This document shows, piece by piece, positions 23,316-36,362 of a stretch of DNA of 64,000 nt. Source of the stretch: Octopus sinensis (Eukaryota); assembly GCF_006345805.1 (NCBI RefSeq), contig NC_043004.1:58776001-58840000 (forward strand). Reading direction: 5' to 3'. Under the pieces are notes generated by a model. It was not told where the DNA came from and ran no database searches. It saw nothing but the letters and a program-made list of their open reading frames with translations. How positions within the stretch are numbered: the first letter of the stretch is position 1; each line of letters starts with the position of its first letter. A program made the translations under genes and the position numbers.

Positions 23316-25225
23316 GTGCCACCGACACAGGTGCCAGACGAGGCTGACAAACGGCCACGCTCGGATGGTGTTTTTATGTGCCACCGACACAGGTGCCAGA
23401 CGAGGCTGGCAGACGGCCACGCTCGGATGGTGTTTTTATGTGCCACCGACACAGGTGCCAGACGAGGCTGGCAGACGGCCACGCTCGGATGGTGTTTTTA
23501 TGTGCCACCGACACAGGTGCCAGACGAGGCTGGCAGACGGCCACGCTCGGATGGTGTTTTTATGTGCCACCGACACAGGTGCCAGATGAGGCTGGCAAAC
23601 GGCCACGATCGGATGGTGCTTGTTACGTGCCCACAGCACGGAGGCCAGTCGATGCGGTACTGGCTACGGCCACGTTCGGATGGTTTTCTTATGCCACGTG
23701 CCACGGCACTGGTACCACAAAGATACAAATTCCATTGATGTTCATCTATTTTGATTTGTTTTGATTTGATTTGATTTTCACTTGCCTCAACAGGTCTTCA
23801 CAAGTGTCACAAGAAGGAAGGTATGCACAGGTGGACTGACTACGTCCCAGGTAGGGGCCATGGGTTATGGCCTGACTAGTCTTGCCGGGTCTTCGGATGG
23901 TGTTTTTATGTGCCACCGACACAGGTGCTAGATGAGGCTGGCGAACGGCCACGATCGGATGGTGTTTGTCATGTGCCCACCGCACTGACTACGCCACTGA
24001 TGGATTCTTGTGTGCCACAGGCACTGGTACCACAAGATACAAATTCCATTGATGTTCATCTATTTTGTCTATTTTGATTTGATTTGATTTGATTTTCACT
24101 TGCCTCAACCGGTCTTCACAAGTGTCACAAGAAGGAAGGAAGGTATGCACAGGTGGACTGACTAGTCTTGCCGGGTCTTCGGAAGGTGTTTTTATGTGCC
24201 ACCGACACAGGTGCCAGATGAGGCTGGCAAACGGCCATGATCGGATGGTGTTTGTTACGTGCCCACAGCACGGAGGCCGGTCGATGCGGAACTGGCTACG
24301 GCCACGTTCGGATGGTTCTCATGTGTGCCACCGGCACTGGTACCACAAAGTGTGTGCCACCGGCACTGGTACCACAAAGATACAGATTCCATTGATGTTC
24401 ATCTATTTTGATTTGTTTTGATTGATTTTCACTTGCCTCAACAGGTCTTCACAAGTGTCACAAGAAGGAAGGTATGCACAGGTGGACTGACTACGTCCAG
24501 GTAGGGGCCATGGGTTATGGCCTGACTAGTCTTGCCGGGTCTTCGGATGGTGTTTTTATGTGCCACCGACACAGGTGCTAGATGAGGCTGGCGAACGGCC
24601 ACGATCGGATGGCCAGTGATGCGGTACTGACTACGGCCACGTTCGGATGGATTCTTGTGTGCCACCGGCACTGGTACCACAAGCGGTACTGACTACGGCC
24701 ACGTTCGGATGGATTCTTGTGTGCCACCGGCACTGGTACCACAAGCGGTACTGACTACGGCCACGTTCGGATGGATTCTTGTGTGCCACTGGCACTGGTA
24801 CCACAAGGATACAAATTCCATTGATGTTCATCTATTTTGATTTGTTTTGATTTGATTTGATTTTCACTTGCCTCAGCAGGTCTTCACAAGTCGGAAGGTA
24901 TGTACAGGTGGACTGACTACGTCCCAGGTAGGGCCCACGGTTATGACCTGACTAGTCTTGCCGGGTCTTCGGATGGTGTTTTTATGTGCCACCATGTTCC
25001 CACAGCACGGAGGCCAGTCGATGCGGTACTGGCTACGGCCACGTTCGGATGGTTTTCTTGTGTGCCACAGGCACTGGTACCACAAAGATACAAATTCCAT
25101 TGATGTTCATCTATTTTGATTGATTTTCACTTGCCTCAGCAGGTCTTCACAAGTGTCACAAGAAGGAAGGTATGCACAGGTGGATCGACTACGTCCCAGG
25201 TAGGGGCCACGGGATATGGCCTGAC
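23316..25225 (-). repeat. Two-level tandem array in the RTE 3' UTR (62-bp units within 273-426-bp higher-order units)
   Basis: 62-bp units start at 23316, 23378, 23440, 23502 and 23564. ORF-terminal motif CTAGTC(T/C)TGCCGGGTC at 23876, 24162, 24526, 24952 and 25225. Confidence 0.9.
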
Positions 25226-28200
25226 TAGTCCTGCCGGGTCCTCTCATGCACAGCACACTTCCATAGGACTCGGTCTTCAGTCATTTCCTTGGTGAGACCT
25301 AAAGTTCGAAGGTCGTGCTTCACCACCTCGTCCCAGGTTTTCCTGGGTCTACCTCTTCCACAGGTTCCCTCAACTGCTAGGTTGTAGCACTTTTGCACAC
25401 AACTATCTTCAGCCATTCTCGTCACATGACCATACCAGCGCAGCCGTCTCTCTTGCACACCACAACTGACACTTCTTAGGTTCAACTTTTCTCTCAAAGT
25501 ACTTACACTCTGACGATTATGAACACTGACATTACACATCCATCGGAGCATACTGGCTTCATTTCTTGCAAGCTTACGCATATCCTCAGCTGTCACGGCC
25601 CATGTTTCACTACCATGTAGCATGGCTGTACGTACACACGCATCATATAGTCTGCCTTTTACTCTTAGCGAGAGACCTTTTGTCACCAGCAGGGGTAAGA
25701 GCTCTCTAAACTTTGCCCAGGCTATTCTTACTCTAGCAGTTACACTTTCAGCACACCCACCCCCGCTACTGACTTGGTCTCCTAGGTAGCGGAAGCTATC
25801 AACTACTTCTAGTTTGTCTCCCTGGAACGTGGTAGAAGTTGGACTCTGCACATTTCCAGTGTTTATTTCTCCTGAGCATCTGCCACAGACAAAAACTATT
25901 TTCTTAGTTAGCCTTCCTTTGACATTGCTGCACCTCTTATGTCCATAGCTTACACTTGGTGCACCTTATAGAGTTTCTACCTACACCTTTTTTACAGATC
26001 GAGCAGGGCCATCTACCTGAAGTCGTTTGTGGTTGGTCCACCTTCCTACTTATTAGGACTTTGGTTTTGGCTAGGTTGATTCTAAGGCCCTTCGATTCTA
26101 ATCCTTTTCCACACCTGAAACTTCTCCTCCAGTTCTGATAGTGACTCAGCAATTAGAGCAAGGTCATCAGCATATAGGAGCTCCCAGGGGCATCCTGTCT
26201 TAAATTCTTCCGTTATGCCTGGCTATGACTATGATAAATAGGAGGGGGCTGAGGACTGAACCTTGGTGGACCCCAACCTCTACCCGGAATTCTTCACTGT
26301 ACTCGTTGCCAACCCTCACCTTACTAGCTGCGTCTCTGTACATGGCTCGCACAGCTCTCACTAACCATTCATCTATCCCTAGTTTCCTCATTGACCACCA
26401 GATAAGGGATCGGGGGACCCTGTCAAAGGCTTTCTCTAAGTCAACAAAAGCCAGGTACAAGGGCTTACCTTTGGCTAGGTATTTCTCCTGCAGCTGTCTT
26501 ACCAGGAATATAGCATCAGTAGTACTTTTTCCTGGCACGAACCCAAACTGCATATCATCTAAGCTAACTCTCTCTCTAATTAACTGGGCTATAACCCTCT
26601 CCGTAACCTTCATTACCTGATCCAACAGCTTGATGCCCCTGTAGTTATTTGTATCTAGGGCATCGCCTTTACCTTTGTAGCAGTTGACTATTATGCTGCT
26701 ACACCAGTCATTGGGTATGACTCCTTCGTGTATCACCTGGTTAACTATACGGGTGACTATGCTATAGCCGACACTACCAGATATTTTGAGCATCTCTGCA
26801 GTAATTCCTGATGGGCCTGGGGCTTTCCCTGTCTTCATGCTTCTAATTGCCTTAGCTACCACGGAACTATCAACTCGGATAGCTGGTCCCTCTGTTGGGT
26901 CAACATTCGGCAGACTTTCTTTATCCCATTCATTTTCCTCATTCAGCAACCTTTCATAGTGGCGTCTCCAAGCTTCTCTCTTTGCATCCTCATTTAACGC
27001 AAGTGAACCATCCTCCATGCGAACACATTTCTCTCCTACCACATCTCGATTCTCTCTCACACACTGTCTTGCAACACGAAATACCTCAAGTCTTTCATCC
27101 TCACGGCGCAGGACATTGGCAAATTTTCTTTTATCTGCTTCCCTCTGGCTAGATAGACCTGTCTCCTAGCTTCCCTTCTGGCAGTCTGATACACTTCCCT
27201 GCTACCACCGTTCTTCCAGGCCTTCCAAGCCTGTTTCTTTTGTCTAATAGCCCTATCAACAATATTGTTCCACCACCATGTTATTTTGGGTCTTAAGGGG
27301 ACTTTGCACCAGCCACAGATCTGGTCAGCAGCTTTCAGCAGGTTGTCCCTCAGAAACGTCCAGTTGTCTTCTACCCCATGTGTAGCTATACCCCCTTCCA
27401 CTTCGTCAAAGGCTTCAAGTAACATATCTCTAAATCTCTGTCCATTCGCAGGGTCTTTAAGCTTCCAGACCTTTCTTCTCCATGTTGGTCGTCTTCTAGT
27501 CGCCCTCTTAGTCCTGATCCTAAAGTCACTAACTACCAGTCTATGTTGTGGGGTGCATTCTTCGCCCGGGAAGGTTTTGGCATTTATAAGCAGCCATCTT
27601 TCCTTTTTCTGGCGAGGATGTAGTCGATTTGGCTAGCATGCCGGCCCGATCGGTAGGTGACCAGGTGGCTTGTGGTTTCCTGAAGTTAGTGTTGCAGATC
27701 ATAAGACTATTCGCATCGCAGAACTCCAGCAGCCTGGTTCCCTCCTCGTTGCGGGAACCATAACCGTAGCCTCCATGCACGCCATGGAAGCCCCCAGCAT
27801 GTCGTCCAACATGCCCATTGAAATCACCAGCCACAAAGAGAAGGTCCCTGTCGTTCGTCAATGAGGTGGTCTGCAGTAGGGTGTCATAGAACTGTCTTTC
27901 TGTCCATCGGGTAGCCCTGGCTGAGGGGCATAGGCCGATATAATGGTTGCTAATCTATGATGAAGCACTATTCTAATCTTAAGTATTCTGTCACTTACTC
28001 TGATTACCTCAATTACTCTATCTATCCATTTCTCAGCGATAAGTATACCCACGCCACCAACCCCATCAGTGTTCCCTGCCCAGAAAATCTTGTACCTGTG
28101 TTCCTTGCCTGTGAGGAACCTAGCAGATCCTCCTCTCCACCTTATTTCTTGCATACAACATACGTCAACACGTCTCCGTTCAAGCATCTCGACTATCTCG

Positions 28201-28934
28201 CCAGACCTACCTTTCAGTGTGCCAGCGTTGAGGGTGCCCACCCTGAGGGGGTGGAAGGAATTGACCCGAGAGGCCCAGGGACGGGGAGCAGTGCCGTCAT
28301 GTACCTGAAAAGAAGAAGAAAACTCGCATTTGGCAGAATTCATAAGCAAAGCAATGAACTTAAGTTCAACCTGTTACACTGCACTAACATGTTTTTGCGC
28401 CGTATGGTCACCACCATATATAGAAGGGGTGGTATTGGTTAAGGCCTTTAGGTGTTCATGGAAGAAAAGCAAAGGAAGGCAAGGTGAGATAAGGACTTCC
28501 GGTACTGGTGGTGGGGGCGGGAGGGCGGGCGCACTGTGCACTGGGAGAAGACGAGATTTAGGCGGCAGTAAGAAAGGCAAGATTTGAGATGGAAAGGTTT
28601 GCGGTCGTGTGCATAATTTTCTATGAGTGTAAGTTGGGAAAGATGGGTTAGAGAATTAAACGACAGAAAGACCAGATTTGAGACGAGATGTTTTTTTGCG
28701 GTCGTGTGAATAAGTTTTTGTGAGCGAAAGTTTATATGCTTCAGCTAGCATTTGAGACGAAGGATAACGATAATATATGGGGGACACAATAATAAGGCTT
28801 GATGGTGATAATAATACTTGCAAAAACAATGAAAGAGGGACAGGTCGTGAACTTAAATATGACTTAGCTGATATTATTCATCATCCTGCAGTTCGTAGTT
28901 CGTGTGTTATAGCCAGGAGGAAAGCAATAATAGG

Positions 28935-30061
28935 TATTTCTTTATTATGATTATATAATCACACATAGAAGGACAAATACAGGACATACATGCAAAAAAA
29001 CAGTTAAGAGGTTCGTTTTAAAAATTTTCGTTTACATTTGAATTATTCGTTTATAAAAATAAAAATAAATGTCTTTTACATGACCTAGTAGGACAAACCA
29101 CAGTACATAACTTATGATCTTCACTGGAGCCTCTACACCCCGGCAATTTATGAGGCCCTGCAGCTTCCACTTCCTCTCTCTCTCCTCCATGGTCAAGCTG
29201 GGTTTCTGACACCCACCTTTTTTTCCACTTCCTTCCATCTTTTCTCATACACACGCCGCGGCAAGATCCTCTTCTCCAGCCCCATTTTGCTCTTCAGATG
29301 ATATCTGAAGTAAGTGAGCAAGCTGGGGCCGGAGACAAAGGATCCTATCGCGGCTCCTTCCATTCTCGTTCTCCACATGCATTCCTTTACTACTGCAACC
29401 GTGCAGTGAAAACATGCCTCACCTTCCTTCGAGAGTCCAGTTGGCGGTATCATCTTAATCATAGACTCAGCCGACAGCTGTACTCGTCCCAGATGCGATA
29501 ACACGTGTTCTGCGTAACTTATCAAGTCAGACAACTTCCGACAGTGAACAAAAGCGTGCTGGACGGTTTCATCGTCCAACTCGCACCTTGGACACGTCGG
29601 TGGCACTGAAACTCCGTGCCGTGATAACTTCTCGCGAACAGGTAAAGCATTCCTATAACACTGCCAGGCCAGGGATCTTTGGAAATTATCCAAATACCCC
29701 GACCTGAAAGTTTTTTTAAACAGGTTGGCAAGCTGGTCTTCATCAAACCCCAGAGCCCCTCCTAGGACGTCGTCGTTTTTTGCCTCTACCAGCCCTCTAT
29801 AAAATACCAAGGTGGTATTTCCGCAGCCGGCCTTGCCCGCCTTGTGGATCAGCGTGAGTGCCTGTCGGCACTCCTTTTGCCATGGAGTCAGTTTCCATCT
29901 TTTGATGTAACCGGGTTTAAAATTCACTAAGGAGGCCGGTCTCGGGAAAAATCCTCCTGCCAGCGGACTCCACACCTTATCACCTTCCAGGTGGTGCCAG
30001 AGATGCCTTAGCCTCAACGCATGTCTGCGCATCATCAACCAAGGCATTCCTAACCCACCCT
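28935..30061 (-). mobile_element. 5'-truncated Tx1/L1-clade LINE with a 14-bp TSD
   Basis: Open 284-aa ORF 29193-30047 with zf-RVT motif CPRCELDDETVQHAFVHC. TSD AAAGCAATAATAGG at 28921-28934 and 30062-30075. Confidence 0.9.
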
Positions 30062-30089
30062 AAAGCAATAATAGGGGCGGTCAAGCCTC

Positions 30090-30300
30090 GTGCGTAGGGT
30101 TTTATAGGGGAGGGGGAGCGGAGGTGTGGGTAGAAGCCTGTGGCAGCGAGTGAAAGTGAAATATATATATATATAGAGAGAGAGAGACAGCGATGTGCGT
30201 AGGGTTTTATAGGGGAGGGGGAGCGGAGGTGTGGGTAGAAGCCTGTGGCAGCGAGTGAAAGTGAAATATATATATAGAGAGAGAGAGAGAGAGACAGCGA
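30090..30300 (-). promoter_or_regulatory. Duplicated 105-bp 5'-terminal unit of the RTE with TATAAAA boxes (putative internal Pol II promoter)
   Basis: Units start at 30090 and 30195; minus-strand CCCCTATAAAACCC at 30100-30106 and 30205-30211. Promoter function is inferred. Confidence 0.45.
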
Positions 30301-30306
30301 TAACAG

Positions 30307-30342
<36 letters not shown>

Positions 30343-30939
30343 TCATCATCATCATCATCATTTATATATATATATATGTGTGTATGTATATATATATGTG
30401 TGCGTGTGTGTGTATATACAATGCATACACATATATGTATGTGTATGTATATATGTGTCTAAGCATGAACTCAAAATATTTTCGTCTGAGTATTATCTTC
30501 CTTTCAATTTCTACTTCCTCTTCTTTCTCTTAACAGTTACAGCAGTGAATGTTGATTACATCATTTTCTATAAACTACAATGTGTACTTTCCACATTCAA
30601 ATTTGAAATTTTGGCATTTCAATAATATTTCTCTGTCTTTACTCATTCTTGAATTTGATGAAAATATAGCGATACATAAGCTGACTCAAGAATTCTCTAG
30701 TGAAACTTTTTTTTGATGTACCCAAATAGACCCAGAATGGGTCAAAACGCATGTTGTACACAATAAAGTCTATTACACATTCCATCTCCTATTTTATTAA
30801 TATTGTTACCCCAACCGCCTCTATGAAGTTCCTGCAATAAATCTTCGGATAACAACAGGTAACCGAAACTATGCTGGTGCTTTACTCATCATCAGTTGAT
30901 ACATTTTGTATAATTTCTCCATTACATATATATATATAT

Positions 30940-31149
30940 ATTTCTTTACTGTCACAAGGGGCTAAACATAGAGGGGACAAACAAGGACAGACAAAAGGAT
31001 TAAGTCGATTACATCAACCTCAGTGCGTAACTGGTACTTTATTTATCGACCCCTAAAGGATGAAAGGCAAAGTCGACCTTGGCGGAATTTGTACTCAGGA
31101 TGTAACGGCAGATGAAATACGTGCTAACGTTTCTGCCAGCTCACCGCCT
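30940..31149 (-). mobile_element. SINE family B1 (GTCCTTGTTTGTCCCC..AAAGAAA tail)
   Basis: Matches 55336-55562 in reverse. Confidence 0.85.
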
Positions 31150-31197
31150 TAATATATATATATATATATATATGCACATACGTACATACATACATAA

Positions 31198-31995
31198 GGC
31201 AAGAAAAGCAGCAAAATGTGACAACTGATGCTGACTTTGTGGAGTTAGCATTGAAGATATCACCCACATCGTAAGCAGTTCTCCAAAAATATCATCATGG
31301 TATTATCTGCTAGGACACTGTACAATGAGATCTGTCAGAAGGATAACCTTGAGGACAAAGAAATAAGAACTAACAGTATGGTGGAAGCCGTAGCCAATCA
31401 TAATAATAAGGAATACTGGTGGAATGTCCTGGTGAAAACCTCAATAACACAAAGCACAACAGACCTGATATAAGGATTTGGGATAGAGAAAATAGACTGT
31501 GTACAGTTGTAGAAACTGTGTACAGCGGATGTTAACATAATGCTAAAGATCAATGAAATAGAAAATACCTATACTGAACTATTGAGAAATCTGCAGTTAT
31601 TCTATCCAGATTACAAGTTCAGGTTCATACCTGCAATTATTGGGGCACCGGGATGTATAACACACTACCTAAATACCAATCTTGAGAAATTAGGCTTCTC
31701 AAAACCAGAAAGGAGAAAGCTAATTTGAAGACTACAGATCCAATCGATCACTGGAACTGTAAAAATCTGTAAAACTTTCCAAAAGTTTATCATTGAAGTA
31801 TATGTGAGCATGTATAAATATGCAAGTATATGCATCAGAATACATACATAAAACAAAACATACAAATCTGCACATATACATACATACAAATATACCTTAT
31901 TGATGTTGTTGAAAATCCAATGAAGGAGGCTTGGATCTAGGTTACAAACCAACACTTTCTCTATTGGCGAGAAATCTTGACATAAAACTGAATAA
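31198..31995 (+). mobile_element. RLE-type LINE 3' fragment (CCHC knuckle remnant, RLE, 3' UTR), decayed
   Basis: EDITHIVSS.., KEYWWNV, HNRPDIRIWDRE, FRFIPAIIGAPG, LQIQSITGTVKICKTFQKFII*. Confidence 0.8.
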
Positions 31996-32556
31996 CGACA
32001 CACACACATACATACGATGCATTGAGAGAAAAAGATACACACACAGGCATCAACACATTCATGAAACAGACATGCCTTCCTTCACTGATGCAGAGAAGGG
32101 CTGCCAGAAATACGTATGTGTCAGATCTGTTTAGCCATATCTAAGATGTAATCATTGATGTAGTATTATGTATTGTGAATTGTGTATAATTACTGAAGTA
32201 TGAGGCTACTACCATCATATTAAAAAAAAAAAATCACAGGCATTAACAGGATATTGTTTGTTTAATAATTACATTGCTATCAGCCAGTTTTCCTTGTAAC
32301 CATTTGCACACAATGGATGTGTGTTTGTGTGTGTTTGCATGAGTGAATGCATGTGTGTGTGTGTGTGGAGAGATGGACACATGCAAAAAATAGAACAAAC
32401 AGAAGAGGTAATTTGTTGTTCTTATCCTATTCAATATCGTTCTCTATATCATACATACACACACATGCACACTCAAACACACTCTTAAACACATGCCCAA
32501 ACATGCAAACAAATAAACAAATACATACATATATATATATATATATTATATATATA

Positions 32557-32587
<31 letters not shown>

Positions 32588-32718
32588 TTAAATTATTGGA
32601 AATATCCAATCTGATAATGCTACTGAAATGACTTTGATTTTTGTTTTTCGTTTGTTTTTTAGATTTTTACATGTAGCCTGTATTACATATTATGTATTTA
32701 TTTATGACATATTATGTA

Positions 32719-32773
<55 letters not shown>

Positions 32774-33037
32774 ATCTGTGCATTTGCATGCACACATGTG
32801 CACTAACACATATATGTTAGTTTATGGATAGTTTTGTAAACATAAAAATTGTGAATATTATGTGCAAAAGACCCATTTTCAAGCTGGCTCTATGCTTAGA
32901 AGTGAGTATATGTAGAAGTGACTGTCAATAAGTAGATAGTGGCTTCCAAATCTGACCAATGGTTGGCTTCATCTGGCAGACTGACAAAGTCAACAACTGA
33001 GATAACTTTAAAAGCACAATCAATAAAATTATACATA

Positions 33038-33450
33038 TAGGCGTAGGAGTGGCTGTGTGGTAAGTAGCTTGCTAACCAACCACATGGTTCCGGGTTCAGT
33101 CCCAATGCATGGTATCTTGGGCAAGTATCTTCTGCTATAGCACCGGGCCGACCAATGCCTTGTGAGTGGATTTGGTAGACGGAAACTGAAAGAAGCCCGT
33201 CATATATATGTATATATATATATGTGTGTGTGTGTTTGTGTGTCTGTGTTTGTCCCCCTAGCATTGCTTGACAACCGATGCTGGTGTGTTTATGTCCCCG
33301 TTACTTAGCGGTTCGGCAAAAGAGACTGATAGAATAAGTACTGGGCTTACAAAAGAATAAGTCCCGGGGTCGAGTTGCACGATTAAAGGCGGTGCTCCAG
33401 CATGGCCGCAGTCAAATGACTGAACCACGTAAAAGAGAGTAGAGAGAGTA
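33038..33450 (+). mobile_element. SINE family A
   Basis: Family A. Confidence 0.9.
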
Positions 33451-34273
33451 TAGGCATAGAAGTGGGTGTGGGATAAGAAGATTGTTTCCCAACCACATGG
33501 TTCTGGGTTCAATCACACTACATGACATCTTGGGCATGTGTCTGTCATTATAGTCCCAGGCCAACCAGAGCCTTGTGGCTGGATTTGGCAGATGGAAACT
33601 GAAAGAAGCTTGTTGTATGCATGTGTGTGTGTGTGTGTGTGTCCTTGTCTAGACATCACATGTGACTGAATGTGTCCTCCATTTCAAATCTTCCACAAAA
33701 GCATGTCTGGTTGTGAGGAAATACTTGGAAAAGGGTGAGTGTTAGCTACAGGAGGGGCATCCAGACATAGAAAATCTTCCTCAGCAAAATTCCATCCTAC
33801 CCAATATGGCATGGGTAAGTGGAGATATAAATGATGATGATGATGATATCTATTATAGGAAAGTAGACATTAAAACATAGCATATGATACTGGCAATAGG
33901 TACTCAAAATGGACCAAGTTCTTAAACAGCCATTATCAATATTACAGGTTTCACTGAACACCAAATCCAGAAACAGCTGTTAAGGATTACCAGCATTTTC
34001 CACTCTCTGAATAGTAATTCCCAGGAATTTTGCCTACCTGTCCAGGTTGAACTGATATGAAGGTCTACAGTAATTCTCCTCTATTTAATCTGTGACATTG
34101 CAGTATGAATATTTATGATTTATGCCTCTCTATGAAGCATCGCTGACTTTCATTCTCTTGGTTCTCCAGTTTTTGACTAAATTTATGTCTTTTTATACTC
34201 CTTGCTGTATAAATAATTTGAAACCTTTGCAACTACTTGGCTGTTTTTTATTATCTTTATTTTATTATACTTA

Positions 34274-34462
34274 TACTCTTTTACTTGTTTCAGTCATTTG
34301 ACTGCGGCCATGCTGGAGCACCACCTTTAGTTGAGCAAATCGACTCCAGGACTTATTCTTTGTAAGCCCAGTACTTATTCTATCGGTCTCTTTTGCCGAA
34401 CTGCTAATTGACGGGGACGTAAACACACCAGCATCGATTGTCAAGCAATGCTAGGGGGACAA

Positions 34463-34503
<41 letters not shown>

Positions 34504-34674
34504 CATATATACGACAGGCTTCTTTCAGTTTCCGTCTACCAAATCCACTCACAAGGCATTGGTCAGGCGGGGCTATAGCAGAAGACACTTGCCCAAGATG
34601 CCACGCAGTGGGACTGAACCCGGAACCATGTGGTTGGTTAGCAAGCTACTTACCACACAGCCACTCCTATGCCT
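34274..34674 (-). mobile_element. SINE family A
   Basis: Reverse complement of family A. Confidence 0.9.
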
Positions 34675-35039
34675 TATATATATGTGTGTGTGTATGAGTG
34701 AGTGTGTGTACACATACATATTTATACATACATACATACACAGATACACACACACATTCACACACACATGCACACTCACACATCCTCAAACACACTCACA
34801 CACACAAATGCACATACACACTACAATCATCCAGTATTCATAGGTATATACACAATGACTTTATGGCTAATTCATGATGAGATGAAGGGCAGTAAAATCT
34901 CCCTCAAATTACACCCACCATCTTAAGATATGAACACATTGGATAATGGATATAGATAAAAGATTGGATAGTCATGGCTGGAGTGCTTTTGATTATAGGT
35001 CAACTCAGGACAAACTTATGACTAAACAGCAACAACCGT

Positions 35040-35230
35040 GGAAGTGCAATGGCCCAGTGGTTAGGACAGCGGATTCACAGTCATAAGAATGTGGTTTCGA
35101 TTCCCAGACTGGGCATTGTGAGTGTTTATTGAGCAAAAACACCTAAGCTCTATGAGGCTCTAGCGGAGGAAGGTGGTGAACCCCGCTGTACTCTTTCACC
35201 ACAACTTTCTCTCACTCTTTCTTCATACTT
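35040..35230 (+). mobile_element. tRNA-derived SINE family E
   Basis: A box TGGCCCAGTGGTTAG, B box GGTTTCGATTCCC, then TTGAGCAAAAACAC. May extend to the (AAG)n run at ~35545. Confidence 0.65.
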
Positions 35231-36362
35231 CTGCCACAAAGCAGAGGAACCATGGTGTAACCAACTATGGTGTGGTAAACTTTCAGACCCTAGTCTAGAT
35301 TGCAAATTCTCTGTACCCCAGGATGGTTCAGCTATACACCCATTAAAAGCCTCCGATTACAGAATGGGGATAACAACGTAGCTTTCGCGCCCGTACAAAT
35401 GCCAGTCTATCGCGTGTGATGGGTGGATCTTCAAGTTGCCACACGCATTCTTAGTAGCTTAGAGTAGGCTCAAATTAGTGACTATTCTTTATGGCTAATG
35501 GCGTGAGTCATGATTGGAAGAAGAAGAAGAAGAAGAAGAAGAAGAAAACAACTTTACTATCCTGATATATTAAAAAGAACAATGGATAATGTAGTTCTAG
35601 GTATATGAAAATTAATGGAAAGGTCATATCTGGAATCATAGACTGGAGCTGACTAAGGGTTAAGCAACAGCATTTATTGTAAAATTATTCATTTATTTTA
35701 ATTCCTTTGAATATTTTTAATTGCTAAAAAAGTTGTTAAAAACACCCATATGCATACTTCATAGAATTATTAATTTATTTTAAATTCCTTAGAACTATTG
35801 TAATTGTCATTTTTAATTTATTTTTATTCCTCAGAATAATTTTAATTGCCAGAAGGTTCGTTAAAATATGTCTGCACTCAAGATCTAACATTAAATGACA
35901 TTTTTTACAGGTTCGTTAAAGGTTCGTTAAAGGTTCGTTAAAATATGTCTGCACTCAAGATCTAACATTAAATGACATCAATATTACAGCTTTTAGTCAA
36001 TTATATTAGATTCTTGATAAAAGATATGTTTTTGTAAAAGGGTAAAGACCCCCTTAGGTCATGAATAACCATGTGATTGCACCTAGAAAGTTATCCCGCT
36101 GAGACACAAGTCTGGGCAAGGTTGTTTGTGGGGAGCCAGCAGTTGCATATGCATACAAGCCTCTCCTCTACACACCATCAATATTATTCAAGTGGGGCTG
36201 AACCTGTGGCTCGTAAGCAAGCTACTTACCACACAGCCACTCCTACGCCTTGTAACAAAATTGTTACACTATGCAACAAAATTTTAATTTCTCTTTTTGG
36301 TCTTTGGCTGGGAGAGCATCATAGCCATGTGGTGAGAGGGATTCTTTGGGGTTTGAATAAAT

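Larger units (their letters stand above)
23163..30310 (-). mobile_element. Full-length RTE LINE (AP endonuclease and RT, frameshifted) with long 5' UTR, expanded 3' UTR and a nested Tx1 insertion
   Basis: ORF pieces 27858-28349 (LRVGTLNAGTLKG..MQEIRW), 27541-27861, 27057-27425, 26200-27060 (RT), 25937-26152, 25225-25851. (TA)n(CAT)nTT occurs on both sides (23121-23162 and 30311-30362), like a target duplication. Confidence 0.9.

Noticed and set aside
23316-23626. 62-bp direct repeats as a CRISPR array
   Set aside because: The units are contiguous and near-identical with no unique spacers, lie in a LINE 3' UTR, and the context is eukaryotic with no cas genes.
28305-28388. 84-nt GT..AG intron (GTTAGT..TTTTCTTCTTCTTTTCAG, minus) upstream of the RTE endonuclease
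   Set aside because: Splicing would remove the only nearby in-frame ATG (28343) and join a frame with no ATG. The unspliced form already gives a normal start, and introns are not expected to persist in a retroposed LINE.
28840-28860. GACAGGTCGT shared between the RTE 5' UTR and the MITE at 44729
   Set aside because: Too short to distinguish from chance.
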